NCBI RefSeq assembly: GCF_006345805.1
Contig: NC_042999.1
Span: 43,152,001 to 43,216,000 of the forward strand
Source of the DNA: Octopus sinensis
Taxonomy: Eukaryota
Direction of reading: 5' to 3'
Length of the DNA stretch: 64,000 nucleotides
The notes beneath the pieces are model-generated. The model saw nothing but the letters and a program-made list of their open reading frames with translations. It did not search any database and had not been told where the DNA came from. Shown in pieces: positions 25,438 to 38,002 of this stretch (positions are counted from its first letter, which is position 1; every line of letters starts with the position of its first letter). Made by a program: the position numbers and the translations under genes.

Positions 25438-27149
25438 TTAAGACACTGATCCTGAAAAGATTAAAGGGCAATTTTGGCTATGATAGGACTTGATCCCAGA
25501 TTATGAGAAACATACAGACACTACAAGGCATTTAATCCCACAAACACTACAAGGCATTTAATTTTGTCTACCACTCCCCCAAATCCTTTATGTGGAGAAA
25601 ATGATAAAGGCTGGCTAAAAGTGGTGGTGATGATGAATTAGCTCTTCTTTTTCTTTTTTAGTTATGTTATTAAGCTGAAAAGTCTTCGAAAGTACTGGAA
25701 AAGTTCAGCTATTTTGGAGATTACAACCTAAAATTAATCATTAGTCAAATGACACAATCTTTTTTTCTTTTTCTTAAACCTAAGTAGTAATTGTTTTAAT
25801 GATATAGCTCTATTATCAGTTGGGTGGTAATGGTGGTCATAAAAGAAACATGGAGGCTGAAAAAGGAATGATGGGGTGGACAGTAAGCAAATTCTGAATT
25901 GACACAACCTTGAGAACAACGGAGCAAACAGCCAGCATGCCAAATGTCAATATTATTGTTGACAAAGCGAACATACTAGAATTGCAATCAATTGTTGTTT
26001 AACCCAAGGGCAATGATGGTCAAAAGTAGGCCTTATGGTCAAAGAAGCATTTCAGTAATAAACACCCTGTCGTTTTTAGGGGTATCAAAGGCTACATTAT
26101 CTACAATGGGTCCTTTCCTTTGTTAAGATGGTAGAGTGAGAGTTGATAGAGACTTCACTGCTATTTCTAGCAAGTCAAACAACTATGCAGAGGTCTCTCT
26201 TGTTTGCATGAGTTTCATTGGTTAGTTGCCCTGGAAACTTGATAACAAAATCAGCAGTAACACCATTTGTTACATTTACTAAGAGGAAAAGGTGCTACTT
26301 TGGAGTGTGATCTACTGCAGTATCCATAGTTTAATCTGAGAAATGACCTGATCTGGGTTGGGATCAGGATTTAGAATTAGGTTTGTGTTTAGGATTAGTT
26401 TTGGGTTTAGGGTTAAAGCTACAGTTATAGAATAAGGTTAGACTGTGCACTATATTGTAAATGGTCAGGCAGACTGCACACTAAAACGGTCCCAAGAAGA
26501 ATATAGTGAACAGGATCAATAATATATTACATGCACTTATCAATCAATCCAAGAGATAGAAAAAAGGCAAAGTCTAGGTTGGTTCGATTTGAACTCAGCA
26601 CATAAATATTTAACTAAAAACTGCAAGCCATTTTGTGACCGTCACTCTACCGACTCTGCCAAGAGCAGCAGCAGCCGTAACAGCATTAACAACATAGTGA
26701 CTTGAGAGAACTTTAAAAAAGGTCATTTAGTGAAATTTTCTGTCTAGACAAGTGCACTTGCACTTTCACACATCCACAAACATAGACACACTCATGCAAC
26801 ACTTCAGTTATTAATTATAGCTTTTAATGATTTGCAGCTCAAATAAGCCATAGTCTGCAGATAACAACACTTCAAATATATCTTGTTAATTTTCCATAAG
26901 GTGTGTGGGTGTGTTTCAAACCAAAGAGGTGGGTGGCATTTATCCAGACATCTTTCAACAACCACCTCCTCACAAAGTTAAATAATCTATTTACAAATGT
27001 GCTAAGTCATTATATTTATATATTCATATTTAGTGCTACCTGGTCCTTGGATACCTTTACAAGATCTCACTCTAAAGCACGCATCCAAACAAAGGTTTGC
27101 ATCCATCCCCCACTATTATTATGAGAATACACCTGTAATTTAAAAAGGT

Positions 27150-27409
27150 ATTACAAAAGGAGAATTGGGGCTCTCTACCCCCCTTTTGACCAGGCTCCCG
27201 TTGGCTTTTATGGTCTTTTTCCACCAGGAACCTTTCGTAACGCCTCCCCCTTTTGGGAGATTTTCATTGTTATAATCTTTTGTTGTTAAACTGTTTTTAC
27301 TCGGATTTTTTCACAAACGGACAAAACCCTTTGTAACCTTTCGTCCTGTTTTGTCCCCTTTTGTGTTATAATTAATATTTGTCAGCCCTTGTGGCCAATA
27401 AAAGAATTA

Positions 27410-27446
<37 letters not shown>
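27150..27446 (+). mobile_element. Probable LINE 3' UTR (L1/Tx1-like) with AATAAA and (TTA)n tail
   Basis: CpG-bearing, T-rich segment ending GCCCTTGTGGCCAATAAAAGAA followed by (TTA)n. Its end resembles the SINE-A tail. The clade assignment is inference. Confidence 0.55.
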
Positions 27447-27447
<1 letters not shown>

Positions 27448-27451
27448 GGCA

Positions 27452-27772
27452 GTGGGCTGGTGGTCTCTTTTTTTTTTTTAGTGTTCCCTTCTTCAGCCAA
27501 TCCCGCCTATTTTTTCCAGCAACTTCTGTTGAGGCTACATGGAATTGATTGTGTAATCCCTTCTTACTCTTTTACTCTTTACTCTTTTACTTGTTTCAGT
27601 CATTTGACTGCGGCCATGCTGGAGCACCGCCTTTAGTCGAGCAAATCGACCCGGGACTTATTCTTTGCAAGCCCAGTACTTATCCTATCGGTCTCTTTTG
27701 CCGAACCGCTAAGTGACGGGGACGTAAACACACCAGCATCGGTTGTCAAGCAATGCTAGGGGACAAACACAG

Positions 27773-27805
<33 letters not shown>

Positions 27806-28358
27806 CGACAGGCTTCTTTCAGTCTCCGTCTACCAAATCCACTCACAAGGCATTGGTCGGCCCGGGGCTATAGCAGAAGACACTTGCCCAAGGTGCCACG
27901 CAGTGGGACTGAACCCGGAACCATGTGGTTGGTTAGCAAGGTACTTACCACACAGCTACTCCTGCGCCTATTACACTCTTGTGTAATTTTTCTTTGTATC
28001 CTTTTTTTAATTCTTCCTTCTTTTTTCCTTTTTACTCTGCTTTCAATACTCCCTCATTCCTAACTGCAAGGTTTCCTTACTTTGGGCTAGGTATCACATT
28101 AAGCTCTCGAGTTCGATACCCGTGAAGTCTTACACACTTATAAGTCCACTTCCTCCATTTGTTCTCTTCATGTGTAGGCAATCAGTGTCTACATGTGGAT
28201 GATGGGCTACATGCATCATTAGGAGCCTTCTTGACTTCCTGTCCATCTCCTCCTCTGTCCACTTCAGGATTCTGGTGCCATACCAAGCTACTGCGACTAC
28301 ATGTGAGTTTATGGCTGAAATTATGTTTCTGGCATTCAGCTTTGAAGCCAGTATTTTA
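27452..28358 (-). mobile_element. R4/Dong-clade LINE internal fragment split by a SINE-B insertion
   Basis: ILASKLNARNIISAINS...ILKWTEEEMDRKSRRLLMMH.AHHPH.DTDCLHMKRTNGGSGLISV, then beyond the SINE KGLHNQF...DWLKKGTLKK..ET. Both are typical R4-clade post-RT motifs. Confidence 0.8.
27564..27968 (-). mobile_element. SINE family B copy (young, CpG-rich)
   Basis: Near-consensus full-length copy with a (TTTTACTC)n tail on +. Confidence 0.9.
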
Positions 28359-28407
28359 ATAATAATAATAATAATAATAGTCATCATCATCATCATCATC
28401 ATCATCA

Positions 28408-28630
28408 ATGTGGCAAGCTGGTAGAATCATTAGCATGCCAGACAAAATGCTTAGCAGTATTTCATCCATATTCACATTCTGAGTTCAAATTCTACCAAGG
28501 TCAACTTTGCCTTTCATCCTTTGGAGGTCAATGAAATAAGCACCAGTTGGGTGCTGGAGGTCAATGTAATTAACTTAACTCCCTCCCACAAGGCTTCAGG
28601 CCTTAGACCTATAGTAGAAAGGATTATTAT
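28408..28630 (+). mobile_element. SINE family A-related copy (diverged)
   Basis: GAGTTCAAATTC...GTCAACTTTGCCTTTCATCCTTT core. Related decayed copies lie at about 1040-1350, 1784-1960 and 2291-2510. Confidence 0.75.
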
Positions 28631-29920
28631 GATTATTGTGTACATTACCCTACCAATCTTCAGGCTAGGCATCAATTATGCCAATCTCACTAATCTGGGT
28701 GGGCATGCTGAAGCCAAGTACACTAGCCCCCTATCTCTTTCTGACAATCATTGTATGGAGGTAGGACTGGATTGAAGTAAATGCAACATTCATACTTTTG
28801 CTTCAAATACCTACTGCACCATCTTAAGAGTGACTTGTCTCTCCTGGTGGGAAACTAAATTAAATTGTAGATCCTGTTTGCTAAAACCTTACATACACAA
28901 TTATGCATATATCATCATCAACAACAACAATAAATTAATAAAAGAAAAAAAATCTTTTTTTTATTTTTTTTTATATTAATTACACATTCAAAGGGGACTT
29001 TGAACCAGAAAATGTCAAGGGAACAATAGCAAAGCTGATGATGAAGAGTCAGGGAATTCTCAAAGGAAGCTAATCGAGAAGAACATATTAGCTGGCGGAA
29101 ACGATGACAGAGATACCGGCATTGTGTATGGTAACACATACAGAAGAGAGCAGCTTAGCAGTTAGCAGGGGTCTGTGGAAAAGGGGAGGGGTTGGAGGGA
29201 GGAAAAGAGAGTGAGTATGAATGTATTGGAGTGAGAAAACAAAGGAGTCAAAGAGGGAGGTAGATACAAAAGTGAAAGTACAGGGTAGGGTGGGAGTAAG
29301 AAAGAAAAGAACAGGTGAGGGAAACAAGACGGGTAGGGAGAAGACGAGAGAAGAAGAGGGGAAAGGAAAACATCATGAGAAGAATAAAAGAGAAAAGTGT
29401 GATAGAGGAGAAAGACGAAACAGAATGAAATAAGACATGGAATTAAATGAAGGAGATGAAATGAGGGGGGGAAGGAAAACAGGAAAAAGAGAAAAGGAAA
29501 GAGAACAGAAGAGGAAAGAAAGAACAAAGGGAGGTAGATGGAGGAAAGAGAAAGAAAGATGCAATGAGGGGAGAAGAGAGAAAGAAGGAGGTAGAGAAAG
29601 CAAGAGGGAGAAGGAAAGAGAGATCAAGAACAGAGTTAGGAGAGAAGAGCCCAGGGGGAGTGAAAACATGGTGTGGGGGGGGGTAAGAAATAGACATCAA
29701 AGGTGAAGGAATAAGAAATGGGGGGGGGAATAAGAGATGAGGAGGGAGAAAAACAAGGGATACAAGACAGCAGGGAGGTGGGGTAAGATAAGTCAGAAGA
29801 AGAGATAAAGAGAGGGGAAAGAAGAAACAGATGAGTGCGCATGTGTATATATGTATATATATTATCATTTAACATCTGTTTTCCATGCTAGCATGGGTTA
29901 GATTATGTATGTAAAAATAT

Positions 29921-29960
<40 letters not shown>

Positions 29961-30747
29961 GCTCAGGAAGAAACAGAGAGTGAAAGAGATGGAAGCAATG
30001 GAATGTTGCTATAGTAACAACATCAATGAAAACAGGCAAGACTGAGTTATTAAGGTTTGCTTCTCAATCACAATCCGGGGATCGATCCTTTGGACAAGTA
30101 TTTTCACCATAGGCTCCAGGGTTACTGATTCCTTGTGCGGCGGACTGAATAGAGGAGAAACCGTATGGAGGCCTATCAGATGAAATGCATCCTTAATTCA
30201 AAGGAGGACATTTGCATTGTGCTGATACTCCCTGTGGGTTATATTAGGGGCACAATATGCCTGTAGTGTACCCAGCCATTTGGCACAGTAATTTAACGAC
30301 AAGGTAGTTCAGTTAATCAAAAACTGGAATAGACATCATCATAGAAACCTTTAGCAGATCTATTCACTTAGTATTCTTTACAAATAGAAGGTGACTGCAC
30401 CCTCCCCTATTGGTCACTCTTTTAGGTGGGAAAAGACATCAGTGTTGGTTTTATTTTGTTGTTTAGCCCCAGGTAAGAACTTTGACCAAAGCTATTTCAA
30501 ACCTGAACATTCTAAGTGTTTATAAGGGAAATTTGGCTGCTATATCTAGCAGGTCATAGAAGCAAGTTTGCTGGCTTCTGTTGGTTTCATTCTGACTGAA
30601 GTCTTGTTTTAAAAGATAAAGTTGTAATGTATATAGAGAGTATTTTCAGAAGGAAAATATAAAAAACGACACAGACTGACAGAGACACTGACACACACAC
30701 ACACACACATGCATGCATAAATGTATGGGCAGAAACACAAACATGCA

Positions 30748-30789
<42 letters not shown>

Positions 30790-30818
30790 GATGAAAAGGA
30801 AAGGGAGAAGAGTACTAC

Positions 30819-30850
<32 letters not shown>

Positions 30851-31681
30851 AGGGTAAAAGAAACTACAGCATGGGGGGAGGTGTAAGGAGCAGAACTATG
30901 ACACAGAAGAGCTGTAAGAGGAAATAAGGAATGAGAGAGAGAGAGTATTTGCAGAAAGGGCATTGGTGACAAATAAGGGCCTTCAGGGTCAGACAGAAGT
31001 TGTGTGGAAGGTGAAGGGGTACAAACAACAGGACAACAAAGGGATTAGAGTGGAGGAGTAGAAGTATGTAAGGACACAAGTGGAGGGGGGGGAGTAAACA
31101 AATGCCAGTTGGCTGGAAGGAGATAAGGATTATTAGCAAGGAGTGTGGTGGTGGTGGTGGTGGTAGTGGTAGTGGTGGTGGTGGTGCAGTTGGCAGAGGA
31201 CCCAAGACATTTCAACCAGATTCTTGTTATATTGCAATTATTTATTACAATATTGCAATTGTTGTTGCTGTTGTTGTTGTTGTGACAGTGGCTACCATCA
31301 GTAGGGAGGGTGGTGGTGGTGAAGGTGATGTTGGTGGTGGTGGTGGTGAGGATGGCAGTGGTGATGAGGGTAATATAGCCTACACAGAAAAGTGTAATGA
31401 GAAGGGCACAGTAAAAAAAAAAAAAAAAAAAAAGAAATAAGAAATGTGAGGGGATAGAAGGGGTAATGAGAGGGGGAGAGAGATAGAAATTTTGTGTGTG
31501 TGTGTGTGTGTGCATGCGTGTGTTTGTTTCCAGAATAATTAAATATAGAGAGAGAATAAAGAGAACAAGAGGAAGAGAGAGAACCTGAGAATTAAAAAAG
31601 AAAATGAGAAAACTTAGAAACAATGAAATAAAGAGTGATATATATATATACACACTCGTTTATATTTACATACAAACTATC

Positions 31682-31752
<71 letters not shown>

Positions 31753-32151
31753 TTCCATACACATATCCATGCATACACACATATATATATATAGAGAGAG
31801 AGAGGGGTACAGGGGAAGTCAGAGAAAGAGAGAGAGAGAGAGAGAATGTGGAAGTGGAAAAAATAAGGAGGAAAAACAGAAGTGCAAGTGGTAGAGGAAG
31901 TGTGTGTGTGTTTCTCTCTGGAGTTTGTAAAATGATTACATATGTACTTTCTCTGAATACAGTATATGCATCAGCACAGTTATAGTTGATGCTGGATCAG
32001 CTGTGATTGATGTCTATCGCCTTTGTCGTCTGAATTAACAATGTCACAACAGCAACAATAACAATGTCGTCAACGCCAGCCAAAACCACAGCAGTGACAC
32101 AAACACTGGCACTACTACAAACAATCACCAACAGTAAAACCACTACCAACA

Positions 32152-32950
32152 TAGGTGCAAACAGTAGTTGTGTGGGTTAAGAAACTTGCTTCCTGAGCTT
32201 GTGGTCTTGGGTTCAGTCTCACTGTGGGGCACCTTGGGCAAGTGTCTTTTACTCTACTGTAGCCCCAGGTTAACAAGATGTATTGTGAGTGGATTTGAAT
32301 TACGGATACATTTCATCTGATAGGCCTCCATACAGTTTCGCCTCTATTCAGTCCGTCTTGTGAGTGGATTTGGTTGATAGAAACCAAAAGAAGCCCATCG
32401 TGTGTGTGTGTATCTCTGTGTTCGTGCTCTGCCAACTAGACCAGGGCTGGCCAACCTGAGGCCTGTGGGCTGCAGACTTTTATCTTGTAGCCCACTTGAT
32501 ACTTTCTTGAAAGTATTGTGTTCAATTTCAAAATAAAATTGTTTGTGTAAAACAAAATTTGTTTCAAAATAAATTTTAAAATTTATAAGTGGCAATAAAG
32601 CAACAGCCTACAATTTTATAATTTTAAACCAACGGAAAGTATGAAAAATTCTCAATTCTGTAATTTGAGTGACTCTTAGTGCATAAAGTATACAAGCGGC
32701 CCTCAAAAAACTTTCTGAGATTAAAGTGGCCTGCAATGTAATTTGAGTTGGCTAGGCCTGAACTAGACAATCTGTGTTGGTTTGTTGACTTCCCCATAAC
32801 TTTGCAGTTTGGTAAAAGAAGCTGCTAGAATATGTACAAAACTTAGGGATTGGGGGAAAGCAAAAACATAAGTACTGGGGTTGATTTGTTCGATTAAACC
32901 CTTCAAACTAATGCCCCACCATTGTCACAGTCCAATGACTGAAATAAGGA
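32152..32950 (+). mobile_element. SINE family B copy carrying two insertions
   Basis: Head and tail are recognisable. It is interrupted at 32298-32357 and 32442-32760. Confidence 0.75.
32442..32760. mobile_element. hAT (Charlie-like) MITE
   Basis: TIR CAGGGCTGGCCAAC / GTTGGCTAGGCCTG (12/14). Perfect 8-bp TSD AACTAGAC at 32434-41 and 32761-68. Confidence 0.9.
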
Positions 32951-33091
32951 CAACACAACCATCCCCTGGTTGTACACTAGCATCACATCGTACATTAACT
33001 GCTAGACCAAACATAAATATCAATACATGTGGTCACTCGATCTGCTAGAAATAATAGCTAAATATCCCTCAACTCATATGTTTATTTAAAC

Positions 33092-33345
33092 TAGTGGTTC
33101 TCAACAATTGTTTGCCTGTGAACGCCTTTAATCCTTATTTTCTCCACTGGATCCCATTAGCCATTTGAAGTTTTTAAAAATCCTATTGTATTTTCATAAT
33201 TATTATTAGGAGTTGTATTTTAAAAAAAGGTTGTTAAAATATTGTGTATTGTAGAAGTGTAACCAATTTATTGAACATAATTTTTTAACAACTAAATCTT
33301 ATATAGACCTGAAAGGGTCATGTGGACCTCACACGAGAACCACTG
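33092..33345. mobile_element. hAT-type MITE
   Basis: TAGTGGTTCTC...GAGAACCACTG; TSD ATTTAAAC/ATTTAGAC (7/8). Confidence 0.85.
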
Positions 33346-33497
33346 ATTTAGACAATGTAGTTACACACACACACACACACAAGCGCTTGACGAATGGGAT
33401 GATCATAACTGAAATATTTTTCATTCACAGGTCTGCCCCATTAGGGGTTGACCTGGCACTACCCAACAGTAACAACAACCACTACCCATACAACAAT

Positions 33498-34260
33498 TAC
33501 AACATCAGTGTCTCAGTACAAAAGACAACACCACCACCCATACTACTACTACTAAATATACTACAATCAGCATGCCAATATTGATAATACCAACACAATT
33601 ACTATAACCTATACTACATCATTACACCACTACTGACACAACAACTACTCCTTACATCATATCAGAGTGCCATGGCAACTACTGCTACCACAACATCAGT
33701 GAACCAGTTCTGACACACCACAACCACTACCTAGACTACAACATCAGTGTACTGGTACTGACATTACTACTACTACTACTACTAACACCACATCAGTATA
33801 CTTGCATTGATAATACCTCTACTGTTGCCCATACTACATCAGTGAGCCAATACTGACAATACCACTGCTACTGCTACCAGTACTGCAACATCAAAGCATC
33901 AGTACAGGTAACACCACCTCTACTGTTACCTACACCACAAGATCAGCATGCCTATACTGACATCACTTCTACAACTACCTATGCTACAACATTACTGCAC
34001 CAGCACTAACAACAATACTACTTACACCACAACATTAGGGCACCAGTACTAACACCAACATCACTTTCTGCATGAACTACTACATCACAACTACTACATC
34101 GCAACTACTACTACTACTACTACAACATAAATGTGCTTGTATAGACAACACCACCACAACGTTAGTGCACCAGTACTAACACAATACTATAGCTTCTAGC
34201 TATACTATATCACTGTGCCTGTACTACCAGCACCACTGCTACTACTACCTACACTACAAT
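33498..34260 (+). repeat. Decayed ~50-bp minisatellite, approximate consensus CTACAACATCAGTGCACCAGTACTGACAACACCACTACTACTACCTACA
   Basis: ACATCAGTG..CCAGTACTGACA motifs recur at roughly 50-bp spacing; no long ORF. Confidence 0.65.
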
Positions 34261-36325
34261 AATTCAATGGAAACCCAATTTCAGCAAGTTATTGATCTTG
34301 TATTTACTGGGTTAACAAACTGAACAGTCCAGCATTGCTGTTGCTACTGACATCATCATCATTGCTATCAATAATATCAGAGCATCTTTATCATCATCAT
34401 CATCACTATCAGTAACTTTATATAATTACAACCATCATCATCATCATCATCAATAACACAATCATAACGGCAACATTATGTTATCACCACCACCACCACC
34501 ACCATAATATCATCAGCGATATTACATCATTATCAGTATTACTGCCATTATATTCACTCTGAACGGTGTAACATCACAATCGCATCACCAATGCCGTGAT
34601 ATCAATATCAACATTGCCACCGCCGTCACTATTACATCAACACCACTAACTACCACTATCACTACCACCACCATTATGAACATTACCATAAAGATTTTAG
34701 TGTCGGATACAAGCATCCAAAACAACAGCAGAAGCAGCACTATCACCATCAATACTTCAGTCACCCCCCTCCACCCTTACTTTCCTCCTCCTCTTCTAAA
34801 TTATATCATCATCATCATCATCATAATCATATCATAAAAGCATCACTATAATCAAAACCATCTTCAATAATGTGGCTCTCAGCATCAACATTATATCAAT
34901 CACAATCATCATCATCATCATCATTATCATCATCAATATCGTAATCATAATTGTCGCCAATAGCTCAGCTCAGCCTCCCACCTCGTCCTCATCCCCACTA
35001 TTTTCTCTGTAAACAGCAGCGGCATCACAACTCGTATTGATTTCTGCCAGCGGCTCAAAGACAAAGATTTGTATAAAAGAGGGTGTAAAGAGGGTGTAAT
35101 GATGAGTGGCAGGGTACATGGTACTTGTGTCGTGTGTTACCATTCACACAGAGAGAAACGAGCAATAAACTTCAAACGAATGAAGATTTGAACTCACTAC
35201 CCCCAAGCAGACAAAATTTTACTGAAACATTTAGCCCAGTACTCACCCATTAATACTTCTCCACCACCTCTTTCCAGAAGCTAATATCATCATGATTATC
35301 ATCATTGTCATCACCATTATTGTTGTTGTTGTTGTTGTTAGGAAAATAAGCTGGCAAGATCATTAGAGGACTGGAAAAAAATTTCTTCTGGATGTTTACA
35401 TTCCAAGCTCAAATCTGGCTGAGTATGGACAACAGACGTTAAATGATGATGATGAGATGGTGGCTCTGTGCCACAATTAGGAATGATTTTTGAAGATGAT
35501 ACAGACACAATTGGTAACCAAGATGCTTTACGGCATTTGTTTCAGTTCTCTGTGTTGTCAATTCGAATTCTACTGATATCATTCCTCTGGGCCCAATAAT
35601 ATTAAGTACCAGTCAAGTACTAGGGCCAGCAGTTTACAAGGCACCAGCACCAGTGAAGTCTGTTCTCTCCACACAAACTTCAAGCCTTGTTCCTGTGCAA
35701 GAAATTAACACTATTACTACAGTACAGATGCCACTTAAAAAGCACCCAGTCCACACTGTTAAGTGGTTGGCATTTGGAAGGGCATCCAGCTGTAAAAACC
35801 ATGCCAAAACTGACCTCGCTTGTGCAAGTGCCACATAAAAAGCACTCAGCCCACTCTTCGGAGTGGTTGGTGTTTGGAAGGGCATCCAGCCATAAAATCT
35901 ATACTAAAACACACTCAGAAGCATGGCGCAGAGTCCTATTTCTTTATTACCCACAAGGGGCTAAACACAGAAGGGACAAACAAGGACAGACATAGGTATT
36001 AAGTCAATTACATTGACCCCAGTGCGTAACTGGTACTTAATCTATCGACCCCGAAAGGATGAAAGGCAAAGTCGACCTCGTCAGAATTTGAACTCACAAC
36101 GTAACGACAGACGAAATACCGCTAAGCATTTTGCCTGGCGTGCTAACATGTCTGCCAGCTGCCTGGCCAGCTTCTGTCAAACCGTCCATCCAACCCATGC
36201 TAGCATGGAAGGAGGAGATTAAGTGATGACGATGACTACTAATGTGACTACTGACTTCATCAGAAGAAACAAGCATATTTCCAGCAATAACAAAATTTGT
36301 TATACCACTGCTGCAGCTACTGACC

Positions 36326-36339
36326 GTTGCCATGGCAAC
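36326..36339. promoter_or_regulatory. Perfect palindromic RFX X-box GTTGCCATGGCAAC
   Basis: Exact match to the canonical RFX binding palindrome. Function is not shown. Confidence 0.45.
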
Positions 36340-37709
36340 AATATTATAACATCCATTATTAGCAGACAGAGTTTATTGAGGTACATTTTCTACAGCAAGT
36401 TTTCTTTCCTGTCACCTATTCCATACCTGTCTCAAAGCAAGGTAATATTTCCTCGTGGCCAGACATGTTTTCACGGCATATTGGAAATTAATGACATTGC
36501 TTGTACAATGACACTCATTCACAAATGCCACGCAATGCCAAAGCATACATAAACGGGGGGGTGGACATGTGCTCTCAGTCACATTGGGGCAGCAGGTTGA
36601 CACCACTGACTTCTGTTGACTGTGACTTTTCTATATCCACCCATGCAATATTGGTCTCCCTCTCATGTTGGTTATAAATGTTCTACACCATATTATTTTC
36701 GGTCTACCCCTCTCTCTTTTTTCCCTCTGATGGTATCCGTGTGCATATATTACACACACACAACATGCTTCTTTCAAGTTTCCATCTACCAAATCTACTC
36801 ACAAAGCTTTGGCCAGCCTGGGGCTATAGTAGACACTTGCCCAAGCAACAAAGCATCCTAATTTTCCTTGAAGCCAGCAGAAGCCAATCTTATGCACTTT
36901 GTAATCTTGTATTTGGATTTGTTGATTGGAGGTGAGAGGTGTCAAACAGACAGACACCTCTGCTTTCTGTAGTTAAATCCCAATTAACTGACCACACTTT
37001 TCTACTCATTTTTGAAGCCAATTGATAAGACCTTATCTTTGAACTTTTTCATGTTCACACCAACCAGCCGTGAAACATCTGTGAACTCTTTCTACAAGAT
37101 CAAGAGTTCATCACAGGATAAGGTCAAGAGAATACAGACACTAGCATAGCCAAAACCTGTTATCATTGTATCCCAGCCAAAATGGACTCTATCTAATTAA
37201 TCACATAGTTGAACAAGGTTGGCAAAAGTTCACAACATTTTTATCTCAAATATACATGAATCTTTTCTACAGCTTCTTTGAATATTGGAAATATACTGGA
37301 ATAGTACAGGTAACAGTTTTCGCAACATTTCATCTACTTCCAGGATGACAAAACTTTATATCTGGTGCACAGAATCTACAAATACATCGATTTTGCACAG
37401 ACAGAATGACCATCTGCATTTCCAAAGTTAACAAAGATTTTAGTAATGCTTCCACAACTAGGATAGAATTCAGCTTGAACTGGACATTTAGAGTTTCTCA
37501 TCATTAATTAACATCCATTTTCCATGCTGACATGGTTTCTACAGTTAGATGCCCTTCCTGACAACAATCACTTTATAGTGTGTACTGGGGACTTTCTCAT
37601 GTTAACAGTAATAGTGAGGTTGCCAAATAACTTGCAAGACAGGAAAGACAAAAAAAAACGAAAAGTAAAAGACCACCTAAAACAAAACAGAAGACTTTGA
37701 AAAATTTAA

Positions 37710-37941
37710 GGCGGCGATCTAGCAGAAACATTAGTAAGCCAGGCAAAGTGCTAAGTGGTGTTTCGTCCGCTGTTACGTTCTGAGTTCAAATTCCACCGAG
37801 GTCGACTTTGCCTTTCATCTTTTCGGGGGTCGATAAATTAAGTACCAGTTACACACTGGATTCGATGTAATCGGTTTAATCCCTTTGCCTGTCCTTATTT
37901 GTCCCCTCTATGTTTAGCCCCTTGTGGGCAATAAAGAAATA
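37710..37941 (+). mobile_element. SINE family A full-length copy with 16-bp TSD
   Basis: tRNA-like head GGCGGCGA..., B-box GAGTTCAAATTC, central GTCGACTTTGCCTTTCATC..GGGGTCGATAAATTAAGTACCAG (resembles the Meta/MESC SINE domain, from recall). TSD AGAAGACTTTGAAAAA at 37689 and 37942. Confidence 0.9.
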
Positions 37942-38002
37942 AGAAGACTTTGAAAAAATTGCTCGCAAAGTAACGTTATTACACACCTTTCATTATACCA
38001 CA

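Noticed and set aside
31102-31440. Gly/Val-rich 112-aa ORF
   Set aside because: (GGT)n/(GTT)n simple repeats ending in poly-A; no splice or homology support.
31967-32013. Small hairpin with an ATCACAG (miR-2-like seed) on the minus strand
   Set aside because: The stem is only about 13 bp, the seed is on the wrong arm, and it matches no mature miRNA I know.
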